Assembly: GCA_963840595.1 (NCBI GenBank)
Contig: CAWIZQ010000001.1
Coordinates: 15,093-79,092 of the forward strand
Origin: an uncultured Acidimicrobiaceae bacterium
Lineage (GTDB): Bacteria > Actinomycetota > Acidimicrobiia > Acidimicrobiales > RAAP-2
DNA: 64,000 bases
Direction of reading: 5' to 3'
This document shows, one piece after another, positions 8,616 to 17,800 of this stretch. The position numbers and the translations under genes were made by a program. Numbering within the stretch: the stretch's first letter is position 1; every line of letters begins with the position of its first letter. The notes beneath the pieces are model-generated. The model had not been told where the DNA came from. It worked only from the letters and a program-made list of their open reading frames with translations, and made no database searches.

Positions 8616-10562
8616 CTAGGGCACGGTCGTCGTGGTTGTCGTGGTGGTCGTGGTTGTGGTGGTCGTGGAAGACAGCTGGCACACCGTCAGATCGACCGTC
8701 GAGCCATACCTCACCGGCGAGCCCGGGTTGATGGCCTGGCTGGCGACCGTCGGCGGAGCACCAGGCGCACATACTGCCGTGGGGTCGAGCAAGAAGTGCG
8801 CCATCAGTCCCTGACCTTGGAGCACGATGCCCGCTCGGAACTCGGTGTCATTCAGCACGCTGGGCATGTAGACGTTGCAGGGACCCGAGGACAACTGCAG
8901 GGTGATCGACTGTCCCTGGGACACCAAGGAACCCGCCACGGGATTGGTTGCCACCACCAGACCTTGATTGATCGAGTTCGAGCAGATCTTGGTCGTGGTG
9001 GTGGCGACCGTGAGGCCCTGGTTGTTGAGCGCTGCACCGGCCGCCGCTTGCGTGTCGCCTTCCACCGAGACCAGGTCATACTTGCTGTTGGCCGCCAGCA
9101 ACGTCAGCGTCACCGTCGTGCCGGAAGGCACTGTCTGGCCCGCCGATGGTGACTGAACCAAGACCACACCGGGCACCGCATTCACACCGGGCGGTGCCGT
9201 CGCGACCCTGGCTACCTTGTAATAGAGGTTTTCCTTTCTCAGAGTCGCGATGGCGTTGGACAGAGACATGTTTACAACGTCCTGAACGGTCTCGGGGGTC
9301 GTCTTCACGCCCTTACTCACGACCAGCGTGACGGCGTCGCCCTTGGTGATCTTCGATCCGGCCTTGGGTTGCATGGTGAGGACAATCCCCACGGCCTTGC
9401 TCGAGGACTTCGTTTTCACTAGGCCCACGTTGATGCCCTCGTCCGAGAGCGTATGGGTCGCCGTTGTGAGCTGTTGACCCACGACACTTGGCACGACGAG
9501 CGAGTTGTTCTTGTTGTGCAAGATGAAGGCGGCGACCCCTCCCGCTATGAGAAGAAGAATGATTGCCACGATCAGGCCGGTGTAGTTGCGTCGACGACGA
9601 CGACGCACATCGGTGCGCGGTCCCGACATGATCGGCACTGATCGAGTGCGCTCACCCGCCACCGCCGCCACGGCCCGCGTGGCGTCTTCGCCGAAGAACG
9701 CGCCGTCGCGCATCGCGGCGTGAACGGGCTGACCCTCGTTGAACCTCATGAGGTCGGCGCGCATCTCGTCAGCCGACTGATACCTGTTCTCGGGGGCCTT
9801 GGATAGCGCCTCCATCACGATGGCTTCGAGATCGTGGGGCACCGTCGACGAAAACTGCGCCAGTGGTGGCACCGCACTGCGCACGTGTTGGGCGGACACG
9901 TCAACAGGACTGTCGCCCACAAATGGAGGTCGGCCCACCAACATCTCGTAGAGCACAACGCCCAGTGAGTACACGTCGCTGCGGCCGTCGACCGCAGCCC
10001 CCTCCGCTTGTTCAGGCGAGAAGTAGGTGGCCGTGCCCATCACCGAGCCGGCCTCGGCCAAATGGTCCTCACTGGAGACTGCCTGGGCAATGCCGAAGTC
10101 GGTCACCTTTACTTGACCGTCGCGGGTGATCAAGATGTTGCCGGGCTTCACATCGCGGTGCACGACGCCGGTGCGATGCGCGTACCCGAGGGCCGACGCC
10201 ACCTGGGCACCGATCTGGGCGGTGCGCGACGCCGAGATCGTCGCACCGCCGCGCAGCATCTCGGCGAGTGACGTACCGTTCACGAGCTCCATGACGATGA
10301 AGTAGGTCCCCTCGTCCTCGCCCCAGTCGAAGACCGGCACGATGTTGGGGTGCGACAGGTTCGCCGCAGCTTGCGCCTCGCGACGGAAACGCTCGACAAA
10401 TAGCGGATCCTGGCTCAATTCGGGATAGAGAATCTTCAGCGCGACGGCGCGACTAAGGAGTGTGTCCTCGGCCCGATAGACCATGGCCATACCGCCGCGG
10501 GCAATGAGGTGGGTGACCTGATAGCGGCCTGAATACAAGCGCTGGTCGTGGACGGGCTCCAT
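8616..10562 (-). CDS. pknB: Ser/Thr protein kinase PknB (kinase domain, TM, four PASTA repeats, poly-Thr tail)
   Basis: Hanks kinase motifs HRDVKPGNIL, DFGIA and SPEQ. One TM segment (LIVAIILLLIAGGVAAFIL). Four PASTA-like repeats. The C-terminus is SSTTTTTTTTTTTTTTVP. Confidence 0.92.
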   Translation of the reverse strand: MEPVHDQRLYSGRYQVTHLIARGGMAMVYRAEDTLLSRAVALKILYPELSQDPLFVERFRREAQAAANLSHPNIVPVFDWGEDEGTYFIVMELVNGTSLAEMLRGGATISASRTAQIGAQVASALGYAHRTGVVHRDVKPGNILITRDGQVKVTDFGIAQAVSSEDHLAEAGSVMGTATYFSPEQAEGAAVDGRSDVYSLGVVLYEMLVGRPPFVGDSPVDVSAQHVRSAVPPLAQFSSTVPHDLEAIVMEALSKAPENRYQSADEMRADLMRFNEGQPVHAAMRDGAFFGEDATRAVAAVAGERTRSVPIMSGPRTDVRRRRRRNYTGLIVAIILLLIAGGVAAFILHNKNNSLVVPSVVGQQLTTATHTLSDEGINVGLVKTKSSSKAVGIVLTMQPKAGSKITKGDAVTLVVSKGVKTTPETVQDVVNMSLSNAIATLRKENLYYKVARVATAPPGVNAVPGVVLVQSPSAGQTVPSGTTVTLTLLAANSKYDLVSVEGDTQAAAGAALNNQGLTVATTTTKICSNSINQGLVVATNPVAGSLVSQGQSITLQLSSGPCNVYMPSVLNDTEFRAGIVLQGQGLMAHFLLDPTAVCAPGAPPTVASQAINPGSPVRYGSTVDLTVCQLSSTTTTTTTTTTTTTTVP

Positions 10563-10648
10563 ACTGCGCCAAGCCTACGCTCTCACCTTTGCGAAGAACG
10601 TTCGAAAGTCGACTTCGGTGTGTTGCGAATGCGTGACGCGAGGCGGCA

Positions 10649-11920
10649 CTACGAACAGCGCGACGGCGTCGTGGTCGTCGTGGCGGTGGTGCCACTCGTC
10701 GTGGTCGCCGCGCTCGACCTCGACGTGGTCGTCGTTGCCCCTCCCGGGGTGGTGGTGGTCGTGGTAGTCGTAGTCGTGGTCGCCAACATGGACCGGTCGA
10801 TCATGCATTTGGCGAAGGTCTTGGCCTCTTTGGCCGTGGGCTGATTGACGGTGGCGTAGAGTTCGCGCCGGTCCGCAACGGACAGGTACTTGATCGGATA
10901 GTTGTCGTACTCCACCAGCACTTGGGGCTTGTACCAGAGCACGCCCGCGGGCTGGCCGTGAAACACCGCCACGGAGGCGTCGGGACCGGACCCGTAGATT
11001 CCCACGTAGTACGTGGAGTAGGCGTACCAGTGGATCACTCCGACCGCCCCCACTCCCACTGCAACAAACAACACGAGTGCGGCGAACAGGCGCCACGTGA
11101 CGATGCGACGACGGCGCCGAGTTCCGTCTGAACTGGTCGTGGATGCTTCGGGGGGCGTGGAGCTCATGGTGCGACGCATCGGGGACGCGGGCACGTTGAC
11201 CTCGTCGAACTCGAGCAGGATGACCGAGATGTTGTCATGCCCTCCCGCCACCTTGGCCGCACTGACAAGACTCTCGACGGCGAACTCCAGCCCGTTGGGG
11301 GCGCTCGCGAGTCGCGCAATGGTGTCGGAGTCGAGTTCGTTGGACAGGCCATCGCTACAGAGCAGAATGCGATCGCCGGGGGCGGCCTGGATCGACATCA
11401 CGTCGATGGCGACCGTGTCTTCGACACCCACGCCACGGGTGAGTTGGTGTCGACGCGGGTGAGTCGCCGCCTCTTCGGGCGTGAGGCGGCCCATTCGAAC
11501 CCACTCTTCGGCGACGCTGTGGTCTTCGGTGAGCTGGCGCAATGCACCATCGCGCAGCTGGTACGCGCGGGAGTCGCCGACGTGCACCAAGGTGGGCGTG
11601 CCCACGCCATTGATGTCGTAGGTGATGCCCACGGCGATGACCGTCGTGCCCATTCCGAAGTGCTCGGGATTCTCACGCGCATCGGTCACGACCACCGTGT
11701 TCGCCTCTTGGATCGAGTCAACCAGCGCCTCGACGCTTTGGTGCTCGTGGAAGCGCTGACGTACAAGGTCGATGGATATCGCGGCCGCGACCTCTCCCGC
11801 CGCGTGGCCTCCCATGCCGTCGGCGATGATGGCCAGCGAGTCGTCAGCGTACAGAGCGTCCTGGTTCGTCGCACGGACCAGTCCGGTGTCGGTGGCTGCG
11901 GCGTGACGCCAACGCGTCAA
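10649..11920 (-). CDS. pstP: PP2C-family Ser/Thr phosphatase PstP with TM and extracytoplasmic Thr-rich tail
   Basis: PP2C motifs TDTGLVRATNQDA, ADGMGGHAAGEVA, LLCSDGL and GGHDNISV. One TM segment. The C-terminus is poly-Thr. Confidence 0.9.
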   Translation of the reverse strand: MTRWRHAAATDTGLVRATNQDALYADDSLAIIADGMGGHAAGEVAAAISIDLVRQRFHEHQSVEALVDSIQEANTVVVTDARENPEHFGMGTTVIAVGITYDINGVGTPTLVHVGDSRAYQLRDGALRQLTEDHSVAEEWVRMGRLTPEEAATHPRRHQLTRGVGVEDTVAIDVMSIQAAPGDRILLCSDGLSNELDSDTIARLASAPNGLEFAVESLVSAAKVAGGHDNISVILLEFDEVNVPASPMRRTMSSTPPEASTTSSDGTRRRRRIVTWRLFAALVLFVAVGVGAVGVIHWYAYSTYYVGIYGSGPDASVAVFHGQPAGVLWYKPQVLVEYDNYPIKYLSVADRRELYATVNQPTAKEAKTFAKCMIDRSMLATTTTTTTTTTTPGGATTTTSRSSAATTTSGTTATTTTTPSRCS

Positions 11921-12366
11921 CGAACAACCTCGAAGAGGACGCCACCGACCTGCACGACGTCACCGCGTTCCAGATGCACGCGGCCCCTCACCAACTCTTG
12001 GTTCACATACGTGCCGTTGGTCGATCCGAGGTCTTCGATCGAGAGGTCGCCGTCGTCGTTGTCGACGCGCGCATGACGCGACGAGAGATAGGTGTCCTGG
12101 AGGCTGAGGTCGCAGTCACTGGCTCGCCCGATGGTGAGATTCCTCTCGACGTCCACGCGCTGGCCACTGCGCTCGTCGGGTTCAATGAACTCGAGTGCGA
12201 GATTGCCGCGGCGACGTCGCGTGGGTTTCTCGAAATCGACCGGACGCGACTGCACCGATACCACGCGGATGACGCGCAGGAAGAAGAGGACGGCCACGAC
12301 CATCACCAAGATCTGTAACGGGCGAATCACCGCCGCGTAGTTGGTCGCCGCGGCGAAAGGCGTCAA
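11917..12366 (-). CDS. fhaB: FHA-domain protein FhaB/FipA
   Basis: N-terminal TM plus a C-terminal FHA domain (IGRASDCDLSLQDTYLSSRHARV...GSTNGTYVN). It overlaps pstP by 4 nt. Confidence 0.85.
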   Translation of the reverse strand: MTPFAAATNYAAVIRPLQILVMVVAVLFFLRVIRVVSVQSRPVDFEKPTRRRRGNLALEFIEPDERSGQRVDVERNLTIGRASDCDLSLQDTYLSSRHARVDNDDGDLSIEDLGSTNGTYVNQELVRGRVHLERGDVVQVGGVLFEVVR

Positions 12367-13010
12367 ACGAGCTCAATCCGAAAGTGCAGCGGTCCGATCG
12401 CCACGTCGTCGCGAGGCGAGAGCGACACCGCGGAGATCCGGTGCCCGTTGACGAATGTTCCATTCGTCGACTGGAGGTCGCGAATCGCCACCCCTTCGCT
12501 GGTCCGCCAGACCTCGGCGTGCTGACGAGAGACGTTCGAGTCGCTCACGACCACCTCCACGTCGGGACTACGGCCGATGATCAGGGGCAACTCCCCCACC
12601 GCGAACGACCGGCCATCGCTCGCCACGAGTCGGGGCTGGCTTTCGCCGCCCACGAAGTCGGTCTTCACCTCGAGTGCACCGGCCTTCAGGTCGTCGTCGA
12701 TGAAGATCTCCACTTTGACCGGGCCCACGAAGACGTACCCCTCGGACAGGGCGTGCTGGCGCACCGTTTCTTCCAGCTCGTTGACCAGTGCTTTTTGAAA
12801 CCCCTCGAAGCGCTGGGCGTCGGCCGGCCCGAGCCACACGCGAATGATGTTGGGCGAGATCGGTCCCTGACTCGAAAGACGACGCGTCAGATCCACCTCG
12901 CGCACAATGCGTGAGGCGATCTCGATGGGCTGCAGCGTCGTCTTGAACGGCCGCGAGAGCGTGCGCTCAAAGATCCGCTCTAGGCGGTTTTCCACGTTTT
13001 TTAGAACCAT
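12363..13010 (-). CDS. fhaA: FhaA (DUF3662 N-domain + FHA domain)
   Basis: N-terminal NRLERIFERTLSRPFKTTLQPIEIA (DUF3662-like) and a C-terminal FHA domain (IGRSPDVEVVVSDSNVSRQHAEV...STNGTFVNG). Confidence 0.85.
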   Translation of the reverse strand: MVLKNVENRLERIFERTLSRPFKTTLQPIEIASRIVREVDLTRRLSSQGPISPNIIRVWLGPADAQRFEGFQKALVNELEETVRQHALSEGYVFVGPVKVEIFIDDDLKAGALEVKTDFVGGESQPRLVASDGRSFAVGELPLIIGRSPDVEVVVSDSNVSRQHAEVWRTSEGVAIRDLQSTNGTFVNGHRISAVSLSPRDDVAIGPLHFRIELV

Positions 13011-13099
13011 ATGCCAATACTTACTGTACCGGTCACTACTGGCGCAACGGGGGCGTGGAGAGTACTACAGAGTGAGTCGACTAATGTTTCAGGGTCTCC

Positions 13100-13183
13100 G
13101 GGCGAGTGGCGAAATTGGCAGACGCGCAGGCTTCAGGTGCCTGTATCCGAAAGGATGTGGGGGTTCAAGTCCCCCCTCGCCCA
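13100..13183 (+). tRNA. tRNA-Leu (anticodon CAG), long variable arm
   Basis: The acceptor stem is GGGCGAG/CTCGCCC. The anticodon stem is CAGGC/GCCTG with loop TTCAGGT. The T-arm is GGGGGTTCAAGTCCCCC. Confidence 0.93.
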
Positions 13184-13200
13184 CTTTTGGAGTGACACTC

Positions 13201-13920
13201 CTAGTTTGAGGGATCGCCGTCGGCCGGGTGAAAGACCCGATAGAGCAGCGCGGCGAGAACTCCGCCGACGAGCGGTGCCAGAATGAACAGCCAGACTTGG
13301 CGAATCGCGGTACCGCCCACCACCAGGGCCGGGCCCAGGGCCCGCGCGGGGTTGACCGAAGTGCCCGTAAGTGGTATTCCCACGAGGTGGATCGCAGCCA
13401 GGGTCAATCCAATGACCATGGCCGCCGTCGCGACGTGGGCCGTCTTGCTCGTCACGCTCAAGATCACAAAGACGAACACCGCGGTCAAAATCGCTTCGGC
13501 GATAAAGGCGCCACCCGCCCCGATGTGGATGTGGCTCGCCGCACCCCAGCCGTCCGTACCGAGGCCCGTGGTCGCGCGACTGTACAGGGACGAGGTGGAA
13601 AAGACCCCCCACAGAGCCAGCGCCCCGACGATGCCGCCCGCGAACTGCGCCCCCCAGTAGCCGATTGCGTCCATCAGTGAGAGGCGCCCGGCGACCAATG
13701 CGCCGATGGTGACCGCGGGATTGACGTGACAACCCGAAATGGGTCCCAAAGAATAAGCCAGGGCCATCAGCGTCAGTCCAAAGGCCAGAGCGGTGGCCAC
13801 CACACCCGCAATAAAGCTGGAGCCGGTCTCGCCGAAGCCAAAACTGAGCGTCGCCACACCGACGCCGAAGAACACCAGGAGCGCAGTACCCAGGAACTCG
13901 GCCAACAGCTTGCGTGACAT
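13201..13920 (-). CDS. aqpZ: aquaporin (MIP family, AqpZ-like)
   Basis: Two NPA boxes (HVNPAVT and SVNPARA). Start taken at the internal Met of MSRKLLAEFLGTALLVFFGVG. The longer ORF to 14019 adds a non-homologous leader. Confidence 0.88.
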   Translation of the reverse strand: MSRKLLAEFLGTALLVFFGVGVATLSFGFGETGSSFIAGVVATALAFGLTLMALAYSLGPISGCHVNPAVTIGALVAGRLSLMDAIGYWGAQFAGGIVGALALWGVFSTSSLYSRATTGLGTDGWGAASHIHIGAGGAFIAEAILTAVFVFVILSVTSKTAHVATAAMVIGLTLAAIHLVGIPLTGTSVNPARALGPALVVGGTAIRQVWLFILAPLVGGVLAALLYRVFHPADGDPSN

Positions 13921-14181
13921 GACACCTCCTCGACGCGCGCCGGTGTTAGGGCGCAGTCGCCCACAACATAGATCGCCCGCACCGGCGGTGATGACATTTC
14001 CTTTACAAAAACTCACCACTCCGAGGCGAGACTGATAGTTTCAAACTCTGCGATTTTTGGTGGACGCTTCGTCCCACCCCGTCGCTCAGGTAACAACGTC
14101 GAGTTACCGTGCGGTGACAACAACACGCAAACGTAGCGTGCGTGGCTTCTCGACGACCGACGGCTCAGGGAGTGCCGGCCC

Positions 14182-15117
14182 GTGACAATGACATCAAGCC
14201 CCATCCTCGAGGCTCGCGATCTCGTCAAGAACTTTGGCGAGTTTCCGGCGGTCAAGGGAATCAGCTTCGCCATTGATCGTGGCGAGAGCTTCGGTTTCCT
14301 CGGGCCGAACGGCGCCGGCAAGACGAGCACGATGCGCATGATCTCGGCCGTCTCGCAACCAACCTCAGGCTCCCTGTCGATTCTCGGCCTCGACCCGCGA
14401 GAGCACGGTCCCCAAATTCGCCAACGACTCGGCGTGGTTCCCCAAGAAGACACCTTGGAGCTCGAGTTGTCGGTGCGCTTGAACCTAGAGATGTTCGGTC
14501 GCTACTTCGACATTCCGCGCAAGACAATTCGCGAGCGCACCAACGAACTCTTGGAGTTCGCCCAGCTGACCGAGCGCGCTAACGACAAGGTCGACGACCT
14601 CTCAGGAGGCATGAAGCGACGACTCACGATCGCTCGCGCGCTTATCAATCAACCCGAACTCTTGATCCTCGACGAACCCACGACGGGCCTCGATCCTCAG
14701 GCCCGACACCTCCTGTGGGAACGGCTGTATCGCCTGAAGCGCGAGGGGGTCACCCTCGTCATCACCACGCACTACATGGACGAGGCGGAGCAACTGTGCG
14801 ACCGATTAGTCGTCATGGACCACGGCGACATCGTCGCCGAAGGACCTCCGCGCGAACTCATCGCCCGGCACTCCACGCGGGAAGTCGTCGAGCTGCGCTT
14901 TGACGTCGAGACCCACGACGAAATCGGTCTGCCGCTCTCGAACTTCGCCCAACGCGTCGAGGTGCTGCCGGATCGAATCCTTCTCTACGTCGACGAGGGC
15001 GACGAGACGTTGCGCGATCTGCACGCCGCCAACATCGTGCCCGCCAGTGCGCTCGTACGGCGAAGCTCGCTCGAAGACGTCTTCTTGCGCCTAACCGGTC
15101 GGACGTTGGTGGACTAG
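14182..15117 (+). CDS. ABC transporter ATP-binding protein (DrrA/NodI-like)
   Basis: Walker A GPNGAGKTS, signature LSGGMKRRL and Walker B LLILDEPT. Confidence 0.9.
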   Translation: MTMTSSPILEARDLVKNFGEFPAVKGISFAIDRGESFGFLGPNGAGKTSTMRMISAVSQPTSGSLSILGLDPREHGPQIRQRLGVVPQEDTLELELSVRLNLEMFGRYFDIPRKTIRERTNELLEFAQLTERANDKVDDLSGGMKRRLTIARALINQPELLILDEPTTGLDPQARHLLWERLYRLKREGVTLVITTHYMDEAEQLCDRLVVMDHGDIVAEGPPRELIARHSTREVVELRFDVETHDEIGLPLSNFAQRVEVLPDRILLYVDEGDETLRDLHAANIVPASALVRRSSLEDVFLRLTGRTLVD

Positions 15118-15908
15118 TGGCGACGGGCACCGACCTTCGTTCTCCCCCGTGGCTGCGCAGTTGGAGCTATCACGCGAAGTACTACGCCCAGACCTGGCGT
15201 GGGTCGGTGGCCAGCAACGTCCTCTTTCCCATCTTCTTCCTCGCGTCGCTCGGTATCGGTGTCGGGCATCTGGTCGCGAAGCACTCTGGCCTCGTCCAAG
15301 GACAGACCTACCTTCACTTCATCGCGCCGAGCCTGCTCGCGACGACGACCATGCAACTAGGCGAAGGCGAGTCGCTGTGGCCGGTGCTCGCCGCGCTTAA
15401 GTGGATCCGCTCGTATCACGCCGCCGCCGCGACCCCGCTCGAACCCGAAGACATCCTGTACGGAAAGCTGTCGTGGGTTGTGACGCGCGCATTTGCGACG
15501 GGAATCGTCTACACGATCGTGATCGGCGCCTTCGGCGCCTTGGAGTCATGGTGGTCCCTCACCCTTCCGTTCATCGGCGCCCTGATCGCCCTCGCCTTTT
15601 CGGCGCCCCTCGTCGCCTACGCCGCTCGATCCCAGTCCGATGGATCCTTCATCGTCATCTACCGCTTCGGCTTTGTGCCGATGTTTCTGTTCTCGGCCAC
15701 CTTTTACCCGGTGTCGTCGTACCCCGGCTATCTGCGTCCCATCGTCCAGTTCATACCGCTGTACCACGGGGTTGCTTTGGCACGAGCGGCCGCCTACGGC
15801 CACATCGAACCAGGGGCACTGTTCGGTCACGTGGCGGTCCTCGTCGCGCTGGCCGCGGTGGGCATCTTCTTTGGACGGCGCACCATGCGACGACGGCTGG
15901 TGGACTGA
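15117..15908 (+). CDS. ABC-2 type exporter permease
   Basis: Six-TM ABC-2 architecture. Its start overlaps the stop codon of the ATPase gene. Confidence 0.8.
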   Translation: MATGTDLRSPPWLRSWSYHAKYYAQTWRGSVASNVLFPIFFLASLGIGVGHLVAKHSGLVQGQTYLHFIAPSLLATTTMQLGEGESLWPVLAALKWIRSYHAAAATPLEPEDILYGKLSWVVTRAFATGIVYTIVIGAFGALESWWSLTLPFIGALIALAFSAPLVAYAARSQSDGSFIVIYRFGFVPMFLFSATFYPVSSYPGYLRPIVQFIPLYHGVALARAAAYGHIEPGALFGHVAVLVALAAVGIFFGRRTMRRRLVD

Positions 15909-16696
15909 TGCTGACCCGCACCCTGCCGCGTTTTGGCTCGCGTCGGTCACTTCACGTCTTCGAGCGCAACTTCATGGTCTACCGCAGTCAGTGGTTGATG
16001 CTCGTGTCGGGATTTTTTGAACCGCTCTTCTATCTCTTGAGCATCGGCATCGGGCTCAACAAACTCGTCGGACCCATTCCCGTCAACGGAGTGCTCGTGA
16101 GCTACGCCACGTTCGTGGCGCCCGGCATGCTGGCCACCTCGGCAATGAACGGCGCGGTGATCGACTCGATCTTCAACACCTTCTTTCGACTCAAGATCTC
16201 TCACGCCTACGACGCGATCCTCGCCACCCCCCTGGACGTGACCGACGTCGCGTTGGGTGAGGTGTGGTGGGCGCTAGCGCGCGCGTCGCTCTACTCGGCG
16301 TCGTTCATCGTGTGCATGACGCTGCTCGGTGACGCCGCCACGCCCTGGGTCATTCTCTGTTGGCCCGCGGCCATCCTCACGAGTTTCGCCTTCAGTTGCG
16401 CCGGGCTCGCCGCCTGCACGTTCTTGCGCTCGTGGCAAGACTTCGATCTCGTGGCCTTGGTACAGCTGCCCCTGTTCCTGTTCTCCGCGACGTTCTTTCC
16501 CATTACGTCCTATCCCGCGTGGCTGGGCGCGATCGTCTCGTTCTCGCCGCTCTATCAGTCCGCCGCGCTGTTGCGAGGTTTTAACCTCGGCCAGTTCCAG
16601 TGGATCATGCTGATGCGCGCGGGCTATCTCGTGGTGATTGCACTTGTTGGACTCACCTTCGCCGCGCGCCGATTCCAGCGCATCCTGATCCCGTAA
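15908..16696 (+). CDS. ABC-2 type exporter permease (second subunit)
   Basis: ATG at 15908 overlaps the TGA of the upstream permease (ATGA-type coupling). The product begins MLTRTLPRFGSRRSLHVFERNFMVYRSQW. The 15401 start in the ORF track is a shadow extension. Confidence 0.78.
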   Translation: MLTRTLPRFGSRRSLHVFERNFMVYRSQWLMLVSGFFEPLFYLLSIGIGLNKLVGPIPVNGVLVSYATFVAPGMLATSAMNGAVIDSIFNTFFRLKISHAYDAILATPLDVTDVALGEVWWALARASLYSASFIVCMTLLGDAATPWVILCWPAAILTSFAFSCAGLAACTFLRSWQDFDLVALVQLPLFLFSATFFPITSYPAWLGAIVSFSPLYQSAALLRGFNLGQFQWIMLMRAGYLVVIALVGLTFAARRFQRILIP

Positions 16697-16748
16697 ACAA
16701 CTCACTAATGTCGGGTCACCAAGCCAACCAAAGAATCGAGGTCGTGAA

Positions 16749-17135
16749 GTGTCCATCTGGTCGCCCCGCGTCGATGTCATCACGCTGTTCGTCGAGGACG
16801 TCGCTCGAGCCAAGGCCTTCTATCGCGAGGTCTTCGAACTCGAGACGGTGTACGAAGACGACAACTCCGCCGTCGTGAAATTCGACAACCTGATCATCAA
16901 CCTGCTCGACGTCACGCAGGCGCCCGAGCTCATCGCGCCCGCCCTCGTCGCCTCGACGTCGACGGGCTCGAGGTTTCAGTTCACCGTGAGCGTCAGCGAC
17001 GTGGACGCGGCGTGCGAGGAACTGGCCCAGCGCGGCGTCGCCTTATTGAACGGGCCGATGGACCGGCCCTGGGGTATTCGTACCGCCAGCTTCACGGATC
17101 CCGACGGCCACATCTGGGAGTTCGCCCAGGACTAA
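16749..17135 (+). CDS. VOC/glyoxalase-bleomycin resistance family protein
   Basis: 128 aa. The ends (ITLFVEDVARAKAFYREVF ... DPDGHIWEF) are typical of the VOC fold. Confidence 0.75.
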   Translation: MSIWSPRVDVITLFVEDVARAKAFYREVFELETVYEDDNSAVVKFDNLIINLLDVTQAPELIAPALVASTSTGSRFQFTVSVSDVDAACEELAQRGVALLNGPMDRPWGIRTASFTDPDGHIWEFAQD

Positions 17136-17200
17136 GCGCTCCGCGCCCCCATGATCGTTGCGAACAAGGACGATTATCGTCGGCAACTACTGTGGAACGA

Positions 17201-17800
17201 GTGTCTGTCCCCCCTACCACCTCTGAAGTCGAAGAGGCGCCCGTAGAGCCCGAAGCGAAGAAGCGCTCGACCAAACGCTCCTTAACCGAGTGGGGCATCG
17301 TCATCGTCATCGCCGTCGTGGTCTCGATCCTCATTCGCACCTTTGTTTTTCAGACCTTCTTTATCCCCTCGGGCTCGATGGAGCCGACCCTGCAGGTTGG
17401 CGATCGCATCGTGGTATCGAAGTTGAGCGTCGAGTTCGGCACGATCCACACCGGCGACATTCTGGTCTTCAGAGCACCCAAGGCAGTCGCGACCGACTGT
17501 GGCGATAGCGTCGCCGACCTCGTCAAGCGCGTGATCGGCCTACCGGGCCAGACGATCTGGTCCAAGGGCAACACCATCTACGTCAACGGCAAGGTTCTTC
17601 CCCAGCCCTGGACCCACGTCGCGCAGATCGGGTCGAAGCCGATCACCAAGACCCACATCGCCCAGAACCACTACTTCATGATGGGCGACAATGAGTCCAA
17701 CTCGTGTGACAGCCGCTACTGGGGAACCATTCCGCGATCGTCGATCATCGGCAAGGCCTTCTTTCGCCTATGGCCGCTGTCGCGACTTGGTTTTCTCTAA
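17201..17800 (+). CDS. lepB: signal peptidase I
   Basis: Catalytic Ser box IPSGSMEPTL, Lys box KRVIGLPGQ and GDNESNSCDSRYWG. A GTG start at 17201 avoids overlap with the upstream VOC gene. Confidence 0.88.
   Translation: MSVPPTTSEVEEAPVEPEAKKRSTKRSLTEWGIVIVIAVVVSILIRTFVFQTFFIPSGSMEPTLQVGDRIVVSKLSVEFGTIHTGDILVFRAPKAVATDCGDSVADLVKRVIGLPGQTIWSKGNTIYVNGKVLPQPWTHVAQIGSKPITKTHIAQNHYFMMGDNESNSCDSRYWGTIPRSSIIGKAFFRLWPLSRLGFL

Noticed and set aside
8625-8680. A (GTN)n-like repetitive DNA tract at the 3' end of pknB, with a similar tract at 10655-10790, considered as a microsatellite or phase-variation locus.
   Set aside because: The repeat units are heterogeneous Thr codons rather than a pure short tandem repeat, so slipped-strand switching is unlikely. 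I treated it as a protein feature instead (see the poly-Thr finding).
15401-15907. The N-terminal 169 aa of the 431-aa ORF 15401-16696, taken as one large permease.
   Set aside because: That part is an off-frame overlap of the first ABC-2 permease, with Arg/Pro-rich sequence and no TM segments. The real second permease starts at the ATG at 15908, which is coupled to the upstream stop.
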